Of a DNA stretch of 64,000 nt, positions 36,674 through 51,600 are shown in pieces. The stretch is taken from contig NIVC01000539.1 in NCBI GenBank assembly GCA_002269645.1, positions 124,001 to 188,000 on the forward strand. The letters are read 5' to 3'. Under the pieces are notes generated by a model. The model saw only the letters and a list, made by a program, of their open reading frames with translations, was not told the origin of the DNA and made no database searches. This DNA is from Macrostomum lignano (lineage: Eukaryota). Position 1 is the stretch's first letter, and every line of letters starts with the position of its first letter. Position numbers and translations under genes: made by a program.

Positions 36674-39600
36674 TCTCTGACACCCACCGATCACACACAT
36701 CACTCAGCTGTCCATGCAACTCCGATGCCTCTGACACCCACCGATCACACACATCACTCAGCTGTCCATGCAGCTCCGATGCCTCTGACACCCACCGATC
36801 ACACACATCACTCAGCTGTGACCTGTCCATGCAACTCCGATGCCTCTGACACCCACCGATCACACACATCACTCAGCTGTCCATGCAGCTCCGATGCCTC
36901 TGACACCCACCGATCACACACATCACTCAGCTGTCCATGCAGCTCCGATGCCTCTGACACCCACCGATCACACACATCACTCAGCTGTGACCTGTCCATG
37001 CAACTCCGATGCCTCTGACACCCACCGATCACACACATCACTCAGCTGTCCATGCAGCTCCGATGCCTCTGACACCCACCGATCACACACATCACTCAGC
37101 TGTGACCTGTCCATGCAACTCCGATGCCTCTGACACCCACCGATCACACACATCACTCAGCTGTCCATGCAGCTCCGATGCCTCTGACACCCACCGATCA
37201 CACACATCACTCAGCTGTCCATGCAGCTCCGATGCCTCTGACACCCACCGATCACACACATCACTCAGCTGTGACCTGTCCATGCAACTCCGATGCCTCT
37301 GACACCCACCGATCACACACATCACTCAGCTGTCCATGCAGCTCCGATGCCTCTGACACCCACCGATCACACACATCACTCAGCTGTCCATGCAGCTCCG
37401 ATGCCTCTGACACCCACCGATCACACACATCACTCAGCTGTGACCTGTCCATGCAACTCCGATGCCTCTGACACCCACCGATCACACACATCACTCAGCT
37501 GTGACCTGTCCATGCAACTCCGATGCCTCTGACACCCACCGATCACACACATCACTCAGCTGTGACCTGTCCATGCAACTCCGATGCCTCTGACACCCAC
37601 CGATCACACACATCACTCAGCTGTGACCTGTCCATGCAACTCCGATGCCTCTGACACCCACCGATCACACACATCACTCAGCTGTCCATGCAGCTCCGAT
37701 GCCTCTGACACCCACCGATCACACACATCACTCAGCTGTGACCTGTCCATGCAACTCCGATGCCTCTGACACCCACCGATCACACACATCACTCAGCTGT
37801 CCATGCAACTCCGATGCCTCTGACACCCACCGATCACACACATCACTCAGCTGTGACCTGTCCATGCAACTCCGATGCCTCTGACACCCACCGATCACAC
37901 ACATCACTCAGCTGTCCATGCAGCTCCGATGCCTCTGACACCCACCGATCACACACATCACTCAGCTGTCCATGCAACTCCGATGCCTCTGACACCCACC
38001 GATCACACACATCACTCAGCTGTCCATGCAGCTCCGATGCCTCTGACACCCACCGATCACACACATCACTCAGCTGTCCATGCAACTCCGATGCCTCTGA
38101 CACCCACCGATCACACACATCACTCAGCTGTCCATGCAGCTCCGATGCCTCTGACACCCACCGATCACACACATCACTCAGCTGTGACCTGTCCATGCAA
38201 CTCCGATGCCTCTGACACCCACCGATCACACACATCACTCAGCTGTGACCTGTCCATGCAACTCCGATGCCTCTGACACCCACCGATCACACACATCACT
38301 CAGCTGTCCATGCAGCTCCGATGCCTCTGACACCCACCGATCACACACATCACTCAGCTGTGACCTGTCCATGCAACTCCGATGCCTCTGACACCCACCG
38401 ATCACACACATCACTCAGCTGTCCATGCAGCTCCGATGCCTCTGACACCCACCGATCACACACATCACTCAGCTGTCCATGCAGCTCCGATGCCTCTGAC
38501 ACCCACCGATCACACACATCACTCAGCTGTGACCTGTCCATGCAACTCCGATGCCTCTGACACCCACCGATCACACACATCACTCAGCTGTGACCTGTCC
38601 ATGCAACTCCGATGCCTCTGACACCCACCGATCACACACATCACTCAGCTGTGACCTGTCCATGCAACTCCGATGCCTCTGACACCCACCGATCACACAC
38701 ATCACTCAGCTGTGACCTGTCCATGCAACTCCGATGCCTCTGACACCCACCGATCACACACATCACTCAGCTGTGACCTGTCCATGCAACTCCGATGCCT
38801 CTGACACCCACCGATCACACACATCACTCAGCTGTGACCTGTCCATGCAACTCCGATGCCTCTGACACCCACCGATCACACACATCACTCAGCTGTCCAT
38901 GCAGCTCCGATGCCTCTGACACCCACCGATCACACACATCACTCAGCTGTGACCTGTCCATGCAACTCCGATGCCTCTGACACCCACCGATCACACACAT
39001 CACTCAGCTGTGACCTGTCCATGCAACTCCGATGCCTCTGACACCCACCGATCACACACATCACTCAGCTGTCCATGCAGCTCCGATGCCTCTGACACCC
39101 ACCGATCACACACATCACTCAGCTGTGACCTGTCCATGCAACTCCGATGCCTCTGACACCCACCGATCACACACATCACTCAGCTGTCCATGCAACTCCG
39201 ATGCCTCTGACACCCACCGATCACACACATCACTCAGCTGTGACCTGTCCATGCAACTCCGATGCCTCTGACACCCACCGATCACACACATCACTCAGCT
39301 GTCCATGCAGCTCCGATGCCTCTGACACCCACCGATCACACACATCACTCAGCTGTCCATGCAACTCCGATGCCTCTGACACCCACCGATCACACACATC
39401 ACTCAGCTGTCCATGCAGCTCCGATGCCTCTGACACCCACCGATCACACACATCACTCAGCTGTCCATGCAACTCCGATGCCTCTGACACCCACCGATCA
39501 CACACATCACTCAGCTGTCCATGCAGCTCCGATGCCTCTGACACCCACCGATCACACACATCACTCAGCTGTGACCTGTCCATGCAACTCCGATGCCTCT

Positions 39601-42600
39601 GACACCCACCGATCACACACATCACTCAGCTGTGACCTGTCCATGCAACTCCGATGCCTCTGACACCCACCGATCACACACATCACTCAGCTGTCCATGC
39701 AGCTCCGATGCCTCTGACACCCACCGATCACACACATCACTCAGCTGTGACCTGTCCATGCAACTCCGATGCCTCTGACACCCACCGATCACACACATCA
39801 CTCAGCTGTCCATGCAGCTCCGATGCCTCTGACACCCACCGATCACACACATCACTCAGCTGTCCATGCAGCTCCGATGCCTCTGACACCCACCGATCAC
39901 ACACATCACTCAGCTGTGACCTGTCCATGCAACTCCGATGCCTCTGACACCCACCGATCACACACATCACTCAGCTGTGACCTGTCCATGCAACTCCGAT
40001 GCCTCTGACACCCACCGATCACACACATCACTCAGCTGTGACCTGTCCATGCAACTCCGATGCCTCTGACACCCACCGATCACACACATCACTCAGCTGT
40101 GACCTGTCCATGCAACTCCGATGCCTCTGACACCCACCGATCACACACATCACTCAGCTGTGACCTGTCCATGCAACTCCGATGCCTCTGACACCCACCG
40201 ATCACACACATCACTCAGCTGTGACCTGTCCATGCAACTCCGATGCCTCTGACACCCACCGATCACACACATCACTCAGCTGTCCATGCAGCTCCGATGC
40301 CTCTGACACCCACCGATCACACACATCACTCAGCTGTGACCTGTCCATGCAACTCCGATGCCTCTGACACCCACCGATCACACACATCACTCAGCTGTGA
40401 CCTGTCCATGCAACTCCGATGCCTCTGACACCCACCGATCACACACATCACTCAGCTGTCCATGCAGCTCCGATGCCTCTGACACCCACCGATCACACAC
40501 ATCACTCAGCTGTCCATGCAGCTCCGATGCCTCTGACACCCACCGATCACACACATCACTCAGCTGTGACCTGTCCATGCAACTCCGATGCCTCTGACAC
40601 CCACCGATCACACACATCACTCAGCTGTCCATGCAGCTCCGATGCCTCTGACACCCACCGATCACACACATCACTCAGCTGTCCATGCAGCTCCGATGCC
40701 TCTGACACCCACCGATCACACACATCACTCAGCTGTGACCTGTCCATGCAACTCCGATGCCTCTGACACCCACCGATCACACACATCACTCAGCTGTGAC
40801 CTGTCCATGCAACTCCGATGCCTCTGACACCCACCGATCACACACATCACTCAGCTGTGACCTGTCCATGCAACTCCGATGCCTCTGACACCCACCGATC
40901 ACACACATCACTCAGCTGTGACCTGTCCATGCAACTCCGATGCCTCTGACACCCACCGATCACACACATCACTCAGCTGTCCATGCAGCTCCGATGCCTC
41001 TGACACCCACCGATCACACACATCACTCAGCTGTCCATGCAGCTCCGATGCCTCTGACACCCACCGATCACACACATCACTCAGCTGTCCATGCAGCTCC
41101 GATGCCTCTGACACCCACCGATCACACACATCACTCAGCTGTGACCTGTCCATGCAACTCCGATGCCTCTGACACCCACCGATCACACACATCACTCAGC
41201 TGTCCATGCAGCTCCGATGCCTCTGACACCCACCGATCACACACATCACTCAGCTGTCCATGCAGCTCCGATGCCTCTGACACCCACCGATCACACACAT
41301 CACTCAGCTGTGACCTGTCCATGCAACTCCGATGCCTCTGACACCCACCGATCACACACATCACTCAGCTGTGACCTGTCCATGCAACTCCGATGCCTCT
41401 GACACCCACCGATCACACACATCACTCAGCTGTGACCTGTCCATGCAACTCCGATGCCTCTGACACCCACCGATCACACACATCACTCAGCTGTGACCTG
41501 TCCATGCAACTCCGATGCCTCTGACACCCACCGATCACACACATCACTCAGCTGTCCATGCAGCTCCGATGCCTCTGACACCCACCGATCACACACATCA
41601 CTCAGCTGTCCATGCAGCTCCGATGCCTCTGACACCCACCGATCACACACATCACTCAGCTGTCCATGCAGCTCCGATGCCTCTGACACCCACCGATCAC
41701 ACACATCACTCAGCTGTCCATGCAGCTCCGATGCCTCTGACACCCACCGATCACACACATCACTCAGCTGTCCATGCAGCTCCGATGCCTCTGACACCCA
41801 CCGATCACACACATCACTCAGCTGTGACCTGTCCATGCAACTCCGATGCCTCTGACACCCACCGATCACACACATCACTCAGCTGTCCATGCAGCTCCGA
41901 TGCCTCTGACACCCACCGATCACACACATCACTCAGCTGTGACCTGTCCATGCAACTCCGATGCCTCTGACACCCACCGATCACACACATCACTCAGCTG
42001 TGACCTGTCCATGCAACTCCGATGCCTCTGACACCCACCGATCACACACATCACTCAGCTGTCCATGCAGCTCCGATGCCTCTGACACCCACCGATCACA
42101 CACATCACTCAGCTGTGACCTGTCCATGCAACTCCGATGCCTCTGACACCCACCGATCACACACATCACTCAGCTGTCCATGCAGCTCCGATGCCTCTGA
42201 CACCCACCGATCACACACATCACTCAGCTGTGACCTGTCCATGCAACTCCGATGCCTCTGACACCCACCGATCACACACATCACTCAGCTGTCCATGCAG
42301 CTCCGATGCCTCTGACACCCACCGATCACACACATCACTCAGCTGTCCATGCAGCTCCGATGCCTCTGACACCCACCGATCACACACATCACTCAGCTGT
42401 GACCTGTCCATGCAACTCCGATGCCTCTGACACCCACCGATCACACACATCACTCAGCTGTCCATGCAGCTCCGATGCCTCTGACACCCACCGATCACAC
42501 ACATCACTCAGCTGTCCATGCAGCTCCGATGCCTCTGACACCCACCGATCACACACATCACTCAGCTGTGACCTGTCCATGCAACTCCGATGCCTCTGAC

Positions 42601-45600
42601 ACCCACCGATCACACACATCACTCAGCTGTGACCTGTCCATGCAACTCCGATGCCTCTGACACCCACCGATCACACACATCACTCAGCTGTGACCTGTCC
42701 ATGCAACTCCGATGCCTCTGACACCCACCGATCACACACATCACTCAGCTGTGACCTGTCCATGCAACTCCGATGCCTCTGACACCCACCGATCACACAC
42801 ATCACTCAGCTGTCCATGCACTCCGATGCCTCTGACACCCACCGATCACACACATCACTCAGCTGTGACCTGTCCATGCAACTCCGATGCCTCTGACACC
42901 CACCGATCACACACATCACTCAGCTGTCCATGCAACTCCGATGCCTCTGACACCCACCGATCACACACATCACTCAGCTGTGACCTGTCCATGCAACTCC
43001 GATGCCTCTGACACCCACCGATCACACACATCACTCAGCTGTCCATGCAGCTCCGATGCCTCTGACACCCACCGATCACACACATCACTCAGCTGTCCAT
43101 GCAACTCCGATGCCTCTGACACCCACCGATCACACACATCACTCAGCTGTCCATGCAGCTCCGATGCCTCTGACACCCACCGATCACACACATCACTCAG
43201 CTGTCCATGCAACTCCGATGCCTCTGACACCCACCGATCACACACATCACTCAGCTGTCCATGCAACTCCGATGCCTCTGACACCCACCGATCACACACA
43301 TCACTCAGCTGTGACCTGTCCATGCAACTCCGATGCCTCTGACACCCACCGATCACACACATCACTCAGCTGTGACCTGTCCATGCAACTCCGATGCCTC
43401 TGACACCCACCGATCACACACATCACTCAGCTGTCCATGCAGCTCCGATGCCTCTGACACCCACCGATCACACACATCACTCAGCTGTGACCTGTCCATG
43501 CAACTCCGATGCCTCTGACACCCACCGATCACACACATCACTCAGCTGTCCATGCACTCCGATGCCTCTGACACCCACCGATCACACACATCACTCAGCT
43601 GTCCATGCAGCTCCGATGCCTCTGACACCCACCGATCACACACATCACTCAGCTGTGACCTGTCCATGCAACTCCGATGCCTCTGACACCCACCGATCAC
43701 ACACATCACTCAGCTGTGACCTGTCCATGCAACTCCGATGCCTCTGACACCCACCGATCACACACATCACTCAGCTGTGACCTGTCCATGCAACTCCGAT
43801 GCCTCTGACACCCACCGATCACACACATCACTCAGCTGTGACCTGTCCATGCAACTCCGATGCCTCTGACACCCACCGATCACACACATCACTCAGCTGT
43901 CCATGCACTCCGATGCCTCTGACACCCACCGATCACACACATCACTCAGCTGTCCATGCAACTCCGATGCCTCTGACACCCACCGATCACACACATCACT
44001 CAGCTGTCCATGCAGCTCCGATGCCTCTGACACCCACCGATCACACACATCACTCAGCTGTGACCTGTCCATGCAACTCCGATGCCTCTGACACCCACCG
44101 ATCACACACATCACTCAGCTGTCCATGCAGCTCCGATGCCTCTGACACCCACCGATCACACACATCACTCAGCTGTCCATGCACTCCGATGCCTCTGACA
44201 CCCACCGATCACACACATCACTCAGCTGTGACCTGTCCATGCAACTCCGATGCCTCTGACACCCACCGATCACACACATCACTCAGCTGTCCATGCAACT
44301 CCGATGCCTCTGACACCCACCGATCACACACATCACTCAGCTGTCCTGTCCATGCAACTCCGATGCCTCTGACACCCACCGATCACACACATCACTCAGC
44401 TGTCCATGCAACTCCGATGCCTCTGACACCCACCGATCACACACATCACTCAGCTGTCCATGCATGCTCCGATGCCTCTGACACCCACCGATCACACACA
44501 TCACTCAGCTGTGACCTGTCCATGCAACTCCGATGCCTCTGACACCCACCGATCACACACATCACTCAGCTGTGACCTGTCCATGCAACTCCGATGCCTC
44601 TGACACCCACCGATCACACACATCACTCAGCTGTGACCTGTCCATGCAACTCCGATGCCTCTGACACCCACCGATCACACACATCACTCAGCTGTGACCT
44701 GTCCATGCAACTCCGATGCCTCTGACACCCACCGATCACACACATCACTCAGCTGTCCATGCAGCTCCGATGCCTCTGACACCCACCGATCACACACATC
44801 ACTCAGCTGTGACCTGTCCATGCAACTCCGATGCCTCTGACACCCACCGATCACACACATCACTCAGCTGTCCATGCAACTCCGATGCCTCTGACACCCA
44901 CCGATCACACACATCACTCAGCTGTGACCTGTCCATGCAACTCCGATGCCTCTGACACCCACCGATCACACACATCACTCAGCTGTCCATGCACTCCGAT
45001 GCCTCTGACACCCACCGATCACACACATCACTCAGCTGTCCATGCAACTCCGATGCCTCTGACACCCACCGATCACACACATCACTCAGCTGTCCATGCA
45101 ACTCCGATGCCTCTGACACCCACCGATCACACACATCACTCAGCTGTCCATGCAACTCCGATGCCTCTGACACCCACCGATCACACACATCACTCAGCTG
45201 TCCATGCAACTCCGATGCCTCTGACACCCACCGATCACACACATCACTCAGCTGTGACCTGTCCATGCAACTCCGATGCCTCTGACACCCACCGATCACA
45301 CACATCACTCAGCTGTGACCTGTCCATGCAACTCCGATGCCTCTGACACCCACCGATCACACACATCACTCAGCTGTCCATGCAGCTCCGATGCCTCTGA
45401 CACCCACCGATCACACACATCACTCAGCTGTGACCTGTCCATGCTCCGATGCCTCTGACACCCACCGATCACACACATCACTCAGCTGTCCATGCAACTC
45501 CGATGCCTCTGACACCCACCGATCACACACATCACTCAGCTGTCCATGCATGCTCCGATGCCTCTGACACCCACCGATCACACACATCACTCAGCTGTGA

Positions 45601-48600
45601 CCTGTCCATGCAACTCCGATGCCTCTGACACCCACCGATCACACACATCACTCAGCTGTGACCTGTCCATGCAACTCCGATGCCTCTGACACCCACCGAT
45701 CACACACATCACTCAGCTGTCCATGCAACTCCGATGCCTCTGACACCCACCGATCACACACATCACTCAGCTGTCCTGCATGCACTCCGATGCCTCTGAC
45801 ACCCACCGATCACACACATCACTCAGCTGTCCATGCACTCCGATGCCTCTGACACCCACCGATCACACACATCACTCAGCTGTCCATGCAGCTCCGATGC
45901 CTCTGACACCCACCGATCACACACATCACTCAGCTGTCCATGCACTCCGATGCCTCTGACACCCACCGATCACACACATCACTCAGCTGTCCATGCAGCT
46001 CCGATGCCTCTGACACCCACCGATCACACACATCACTCAGCTGTCCATGCAGCTCCGATGCCTCTGACACCCACCGATCACACACATCACTCAGCTGTGA
46101 CCTGTCCATGCAACTCCGATGCCTCTGACACCCACCGATCACACACATCACTCAGCTGTCCATGCAGCTCCGATGCCTCTGACACCCACCGATCACACAC
46201 ATCACTCAGCTGTGACCTGTCCATGCAACTCCGATGCCTCTGACACCCACCGATCACACACATCACTCAGCTGTGACCTGTCCATGCAACTCCGATGCCT
46301 CTGACACCCACCGATCACACACATCACTCAGCTGTGACCTGCCATGCTCCGATGCCTCTGACACCCACCGATCACACACATCACTCAGCTGTGACCTGTC
46401 CATGCAACTCCGATGCCTCTGACACCCACCGATCACACACATCACTCAGCTGTCCTGTCCATGCAACTCCGATGCCTCTGACACCCACCGATCACACACA
46501 TCACTCAGCTGTGACCTGTCCATGCAACTCCGATGCCTCTGACACCCACCGATCACACACATCACTCAGCTGTCCATGCAACTCCGATGCCTCTGACACC
46601 CACCGATCACACACATCACTCAGCTGTCCATGCAGCTCCGATGCCTCTGACACCCACCGATCACACACATCACTCAGCTGTCCTGTCCATGCAACTCCGA
46701 TGCCTCTGACACCCACCGATCACACACATCACTCAGCTGTGACCTGTCCATGCAACTCCGATGCCTCTGACACCCACCGATCACACACATCACTCAGCTG
46801 TCCATGCAGCTCCGATGCCTCTGACACCCACCGATCACACACATCACTCAGCTGTCCATGCAACTCCGATGCCTCTGACACCCACCGATCACACACATCA
46901 CTCAGCTGTCCATGCAACTCCGATGCCTCTGACACCCACCGATCACACACATCACTCAGCTGTGACCTGTCCATGCAACTCCGATGCCTCTGACACCCAC
47001 CGATCACACACATCACTCAGCTGTGACCTGTCCATGCAACTCCGATGCCTCTGACACCCACCGATCACACACATCACTCAGCTGTCCATGCAGCTCCGAT
47101 GCCTCTGACACCCACCGATCACACACATCACTCAGCTGTCCATGCAACTCCGATGCCTCTGACACCCACCGATCACACACATCACTCAGCTGTCCATGCA
47201 GCTCCGATGCCTCTGACACCCACCGATCACACACATCACTCAGCTGTCCATGCATGCTCCGATGCCTCTGACACCCACCGATCACACACATCACTCAGCT
47301 GTGACCTGTCCATGCAACTCCGATGCCTCTGACACCCACCGATCACACACATCACTCAGCTGTGTCCATGCAACTCCGATGCCTCTGACACCCACCGATC
47401 ACACACATCACTCAGCTGTCCTGTCCATGCAACTCCGATGCCTCTGACACCCACCGATCACACACATCACTCAGCTGTCCTGTCCATGCAACTCCGATGC
47501 CTCTGACACCCACCGATCACACACATCACTCAGCTGTCCATGCACTCCGATGCCTCTGACACCCACCGATCACACACATCACTCAGCTGTCCATGCACTC
47601 CGATGCCTCTGACACCCACCGATCACACACATCACTCAGCTGTCCATGCACTCCGATGCCTCTGACACCCACCGATCACACACATCACTCAGCTGTCCAT
47701 GCAGCTCCGATGCCTCTGACACCCACCGATCACACACATCACTCAGCTGTCCATGCACTCCGATGCCTCTGACACCCACCGATCACACACATCACTCAGC
47801 TGTGACCTGTCCATGCAACTCCGATGCCTCTGACACCCACCGATCACACACATCACTCAGCTGTCCATGCAACTCCGATGCCTCTGACACCCACCGATCA
47901 CACACATCACTCAGCTGTGACCTGTCCATGCAACTCCGATGCCTCTGACACCCACCGATCACACACATCACTCAGCTGTGACCTGTCCATGCAACTCCGA
48001 TGCCTCTGACACCCACCGATCACACACATCACTCAGCTGTCCATGCAACTCCGATGCCTCTGACACCCACCGATCACACACATCACTCAGCTGTCCATGC
48101 AACTCCGATGCCTCTGACACCCACCGATCACACACATCACTCAGCTGTCCATGCAACTCCGATGCCTCTGACACCCACCGATCACACACATCACTCAGCT
48201 GTGACCTGTCCATGCAACTCCGATGCCTCTGACACCCACCGATCACACACATCACTCAGCTGTCCATGCAACTCCGATGCCTCTGACACCCACCGATCAC
48301 ACACATCACTCAGCTGTCCATGCAACTCCGATGCCTCTGACACCCACCGATCACACACATCACTCAGCTGTCCTGTCCATGCAACTCCGATGCCTCTGAC
48401 ACCCACCGATCACACACATCACTCAGCTGTCCATGCAACTCCGATGCCTCTGACACCCACCGATCACACACATCACTCAGCTGTCCATGCAACTCCGATG
48501 CCTCTGACACCCACCGATCACACACATCACTCAGCTGTCCATGCAGCTCCGATGCCTCTGACACCCACCGATCACACACATCACTCAGCTGTCCATGCAT

Positions 48601-51600
48601 GCTCCGATGCCTCTGACACCCACCGATCACACACATCACTCAGCTGTCCATGCAACTCCGATGCCTCTGACACCCACCGATCACACACATCACTCAGCTG
48701 TCCATGCAGCTCCGATGCCTCTGACACCCACCGATCACACACATCACTCAGCTGTCCATGCAACTCCGATGCCTCTGACACCCACCGATCACACACATCA
48801 CTCAGCTGTCCATGCAACTCCGATGCCTCTGACACCCACCGATCACACACATCACTCAGCTGTCCATGCAACTCCGATGCCTCTGACACCCACCGATCAC
48901 ACACATCACTCAGCTGTCCATGCATGCTCCGATGCCTCTGACACCCACCGATCACACACATCACTCAGCTGTGACCTGTCCATGCAACTCCGATGCCTCT
49001 GACACCCACCGATCACACACATCACTCAGCTGTCCTGTCCATGCAACTCCGATGCCTCTGACACCCACCGATCACACACATCACTCAGCTGTCCATGCAA
49101 CTCCGATGCCTCTGACACCCACCGATCACACACATCACTCAGCTGTCCATGCAGCTCCGATGCCTCTGACACCCACCGATCACACACATCACTCAGCTGT
49201 CCTGCAGCTCCGATGCCTCTGACACCCACCGATCACACACATCACTCAGCTGTCCATGCAACTCCGATGCCTCTGACACCCACCGATCACACACATCACT
49301 CAGCTGTGACCATGCAACTCCGATGCCTCTGACACCCACCGATCACACACATCACTCAGCTGTCCATGCAACTCCGATGCCTCTGACACCCACCGATCAC
49401 ACACATCACTCAGCTGTCCATGCAGCTCCGATGCCTCTGACACCCACCGATCACACACATCACTCAGCTGTCCATGCAGCTCCGATGCCTCTGACACCCA
49501 CCGATCACACACATCACTCAGCTGTCCATGCACTCCGATGCCTCTGACACCCACCGATCACACACATCACTCAGCTGTCCATGCAACTCCGATGCCTCTG
49601 ACACCCACCGATCACACACATCACTCAGCTGTCCATGCAACTCCGATGCCTCTGACACCCACCGATCACACACATCACTCAGCTGTCCATGCAACTCCGA
49701 TGCCTCTGACACCCACCGATCACACACATCACTCAGCTGTGACCTGCATGCTCCGATGCCTCTGACACCCACCGATCACACACATCACTCAGCTGTGACC
49801 TGTCCATGCAACTCCGATGCCTCTGACACCCACCGATCACACACATCACTCAGCTGTCCTGTCCATGCAACTCCGATGCCTCTGACACCCACCGATCACA
49901 CACATCACTCAGCTGTGACCTGTCCATGCAACTCCGATGCCTCTGACACCCACCGATCACACACATCACTCAGCTGTGACCTGTCCATGCAACTCCGATG
50001 CCTCTGACACCCACCGATCACACACATCACTCAGCTGTCCATGCAACTCCGATGCCTCTGACACCCACCGATCACACACATCACTCAGCTGTCCTGTCAT
50101 GCAACTCCGATGCCTCTGACACCCACCGATCACACACATCACTCAGCTGTCCATGCAGCTCCGATGCCTCTGACACCCACCGATCACACACATCACTCAG
50201 CTGTCCTGTCCATGCAACTCCGATGCCTCTGACACCCACCGATCACACACATCACTCAGCTGTCCTGTCCATGCAACTCCGATGCCTCTGACACCCACCG
50301 ATCACACACATCACTCAGCTGTCCTGTCCATGCAACTCCGATGCCTCTGACACCCACCGATCACACACATCACTCAGCTGTCCATGCAACTCCGATGCCT
50401 CTGACACCCACCGATCACACACATCACTCAGCTGTCCATGCAACTCCGATGCCTCTGACACCCACCGATCACACACATCACTCAGCTGTCCATGCAACTC
50501 CGATGCCTCTGACACCCACCGATCACACACATCACTCAGCTGTCCTGTCCATGCAACTCCGATGCCTCTGACACCCACCGATCACACACATCACTCAGCT
50601 GTCCATGCAACTCCGATGCCTCTGACACCCACCGATCACACACATCACTCAGCTGTCCTGTCCATGCAACTCCGATGCCTCTGACACCCACCGATCACAC
50701 ACATCACTCAGCTGTCCATGCAGCTCCGATGCCTCTGACACCCACCGATCACACACATCACTCAGCTGTCCATGCAGCTCCGATGCCTCTGACACCCACC
50801 GATCACACACATCACTCAGCTGTCCATGCAACTCCGATGCCTCTGACACCCACCGATCACACACATCACTCAGCTGTGACCTGTCCATGCAACTCCGATG
50901 CCTCTGACACCCACCGATCACACACATCACTCAGCTGTGACCTGTCCATGCAACTCCGATGCCTCTGACACCCACCGATCACACACATCACTCAGCTGTG
51001 ACCTGTCCATGCAACTCCGATGCCTCTGACACCCACCGATCACACACATCACTCAGCTGTGACCTGTCCATGCAACTCCGATGCCTCTGACACCCACCGA
51101 TCACACACATCACTCAGCTGTGACCATGCAACTCCGATGCCTCTGACACCCACCGATCACACACATCACTCAGCTGTGACCTGTCCATGCAACTCCGATG
51201 CCTCTGACACCCACCGATCACACACATCACTCAGCTGTGACCTGTCCATGCAACTCCGATGCCTCTGACACCCACCGATCACACACATCACTCAGCTGTC
51301 CATGCAGCTCCGATGCCTCTGACACCCACCGATCACACACATCACTCAGCTGTCCTGTCATGCAACTCCGATGCCTCTGACACCCACCGATCACACACAT
51401 CACTCAGCTGTCCTGTCCATGCACTCCGATGCCTCTGACACCCACCGATCACACACATCACTCAGCTGTCCATGCAGCTCCGATGCCTCTGACACCCACC
51501 GATCACACACATCACTCAGCTGTCCATGCAGCTCCGATGCCTCTGACACCCACCGATCACACACATCACTCAGCTGTCCATGCAGCTCCGATGCCTCTGA

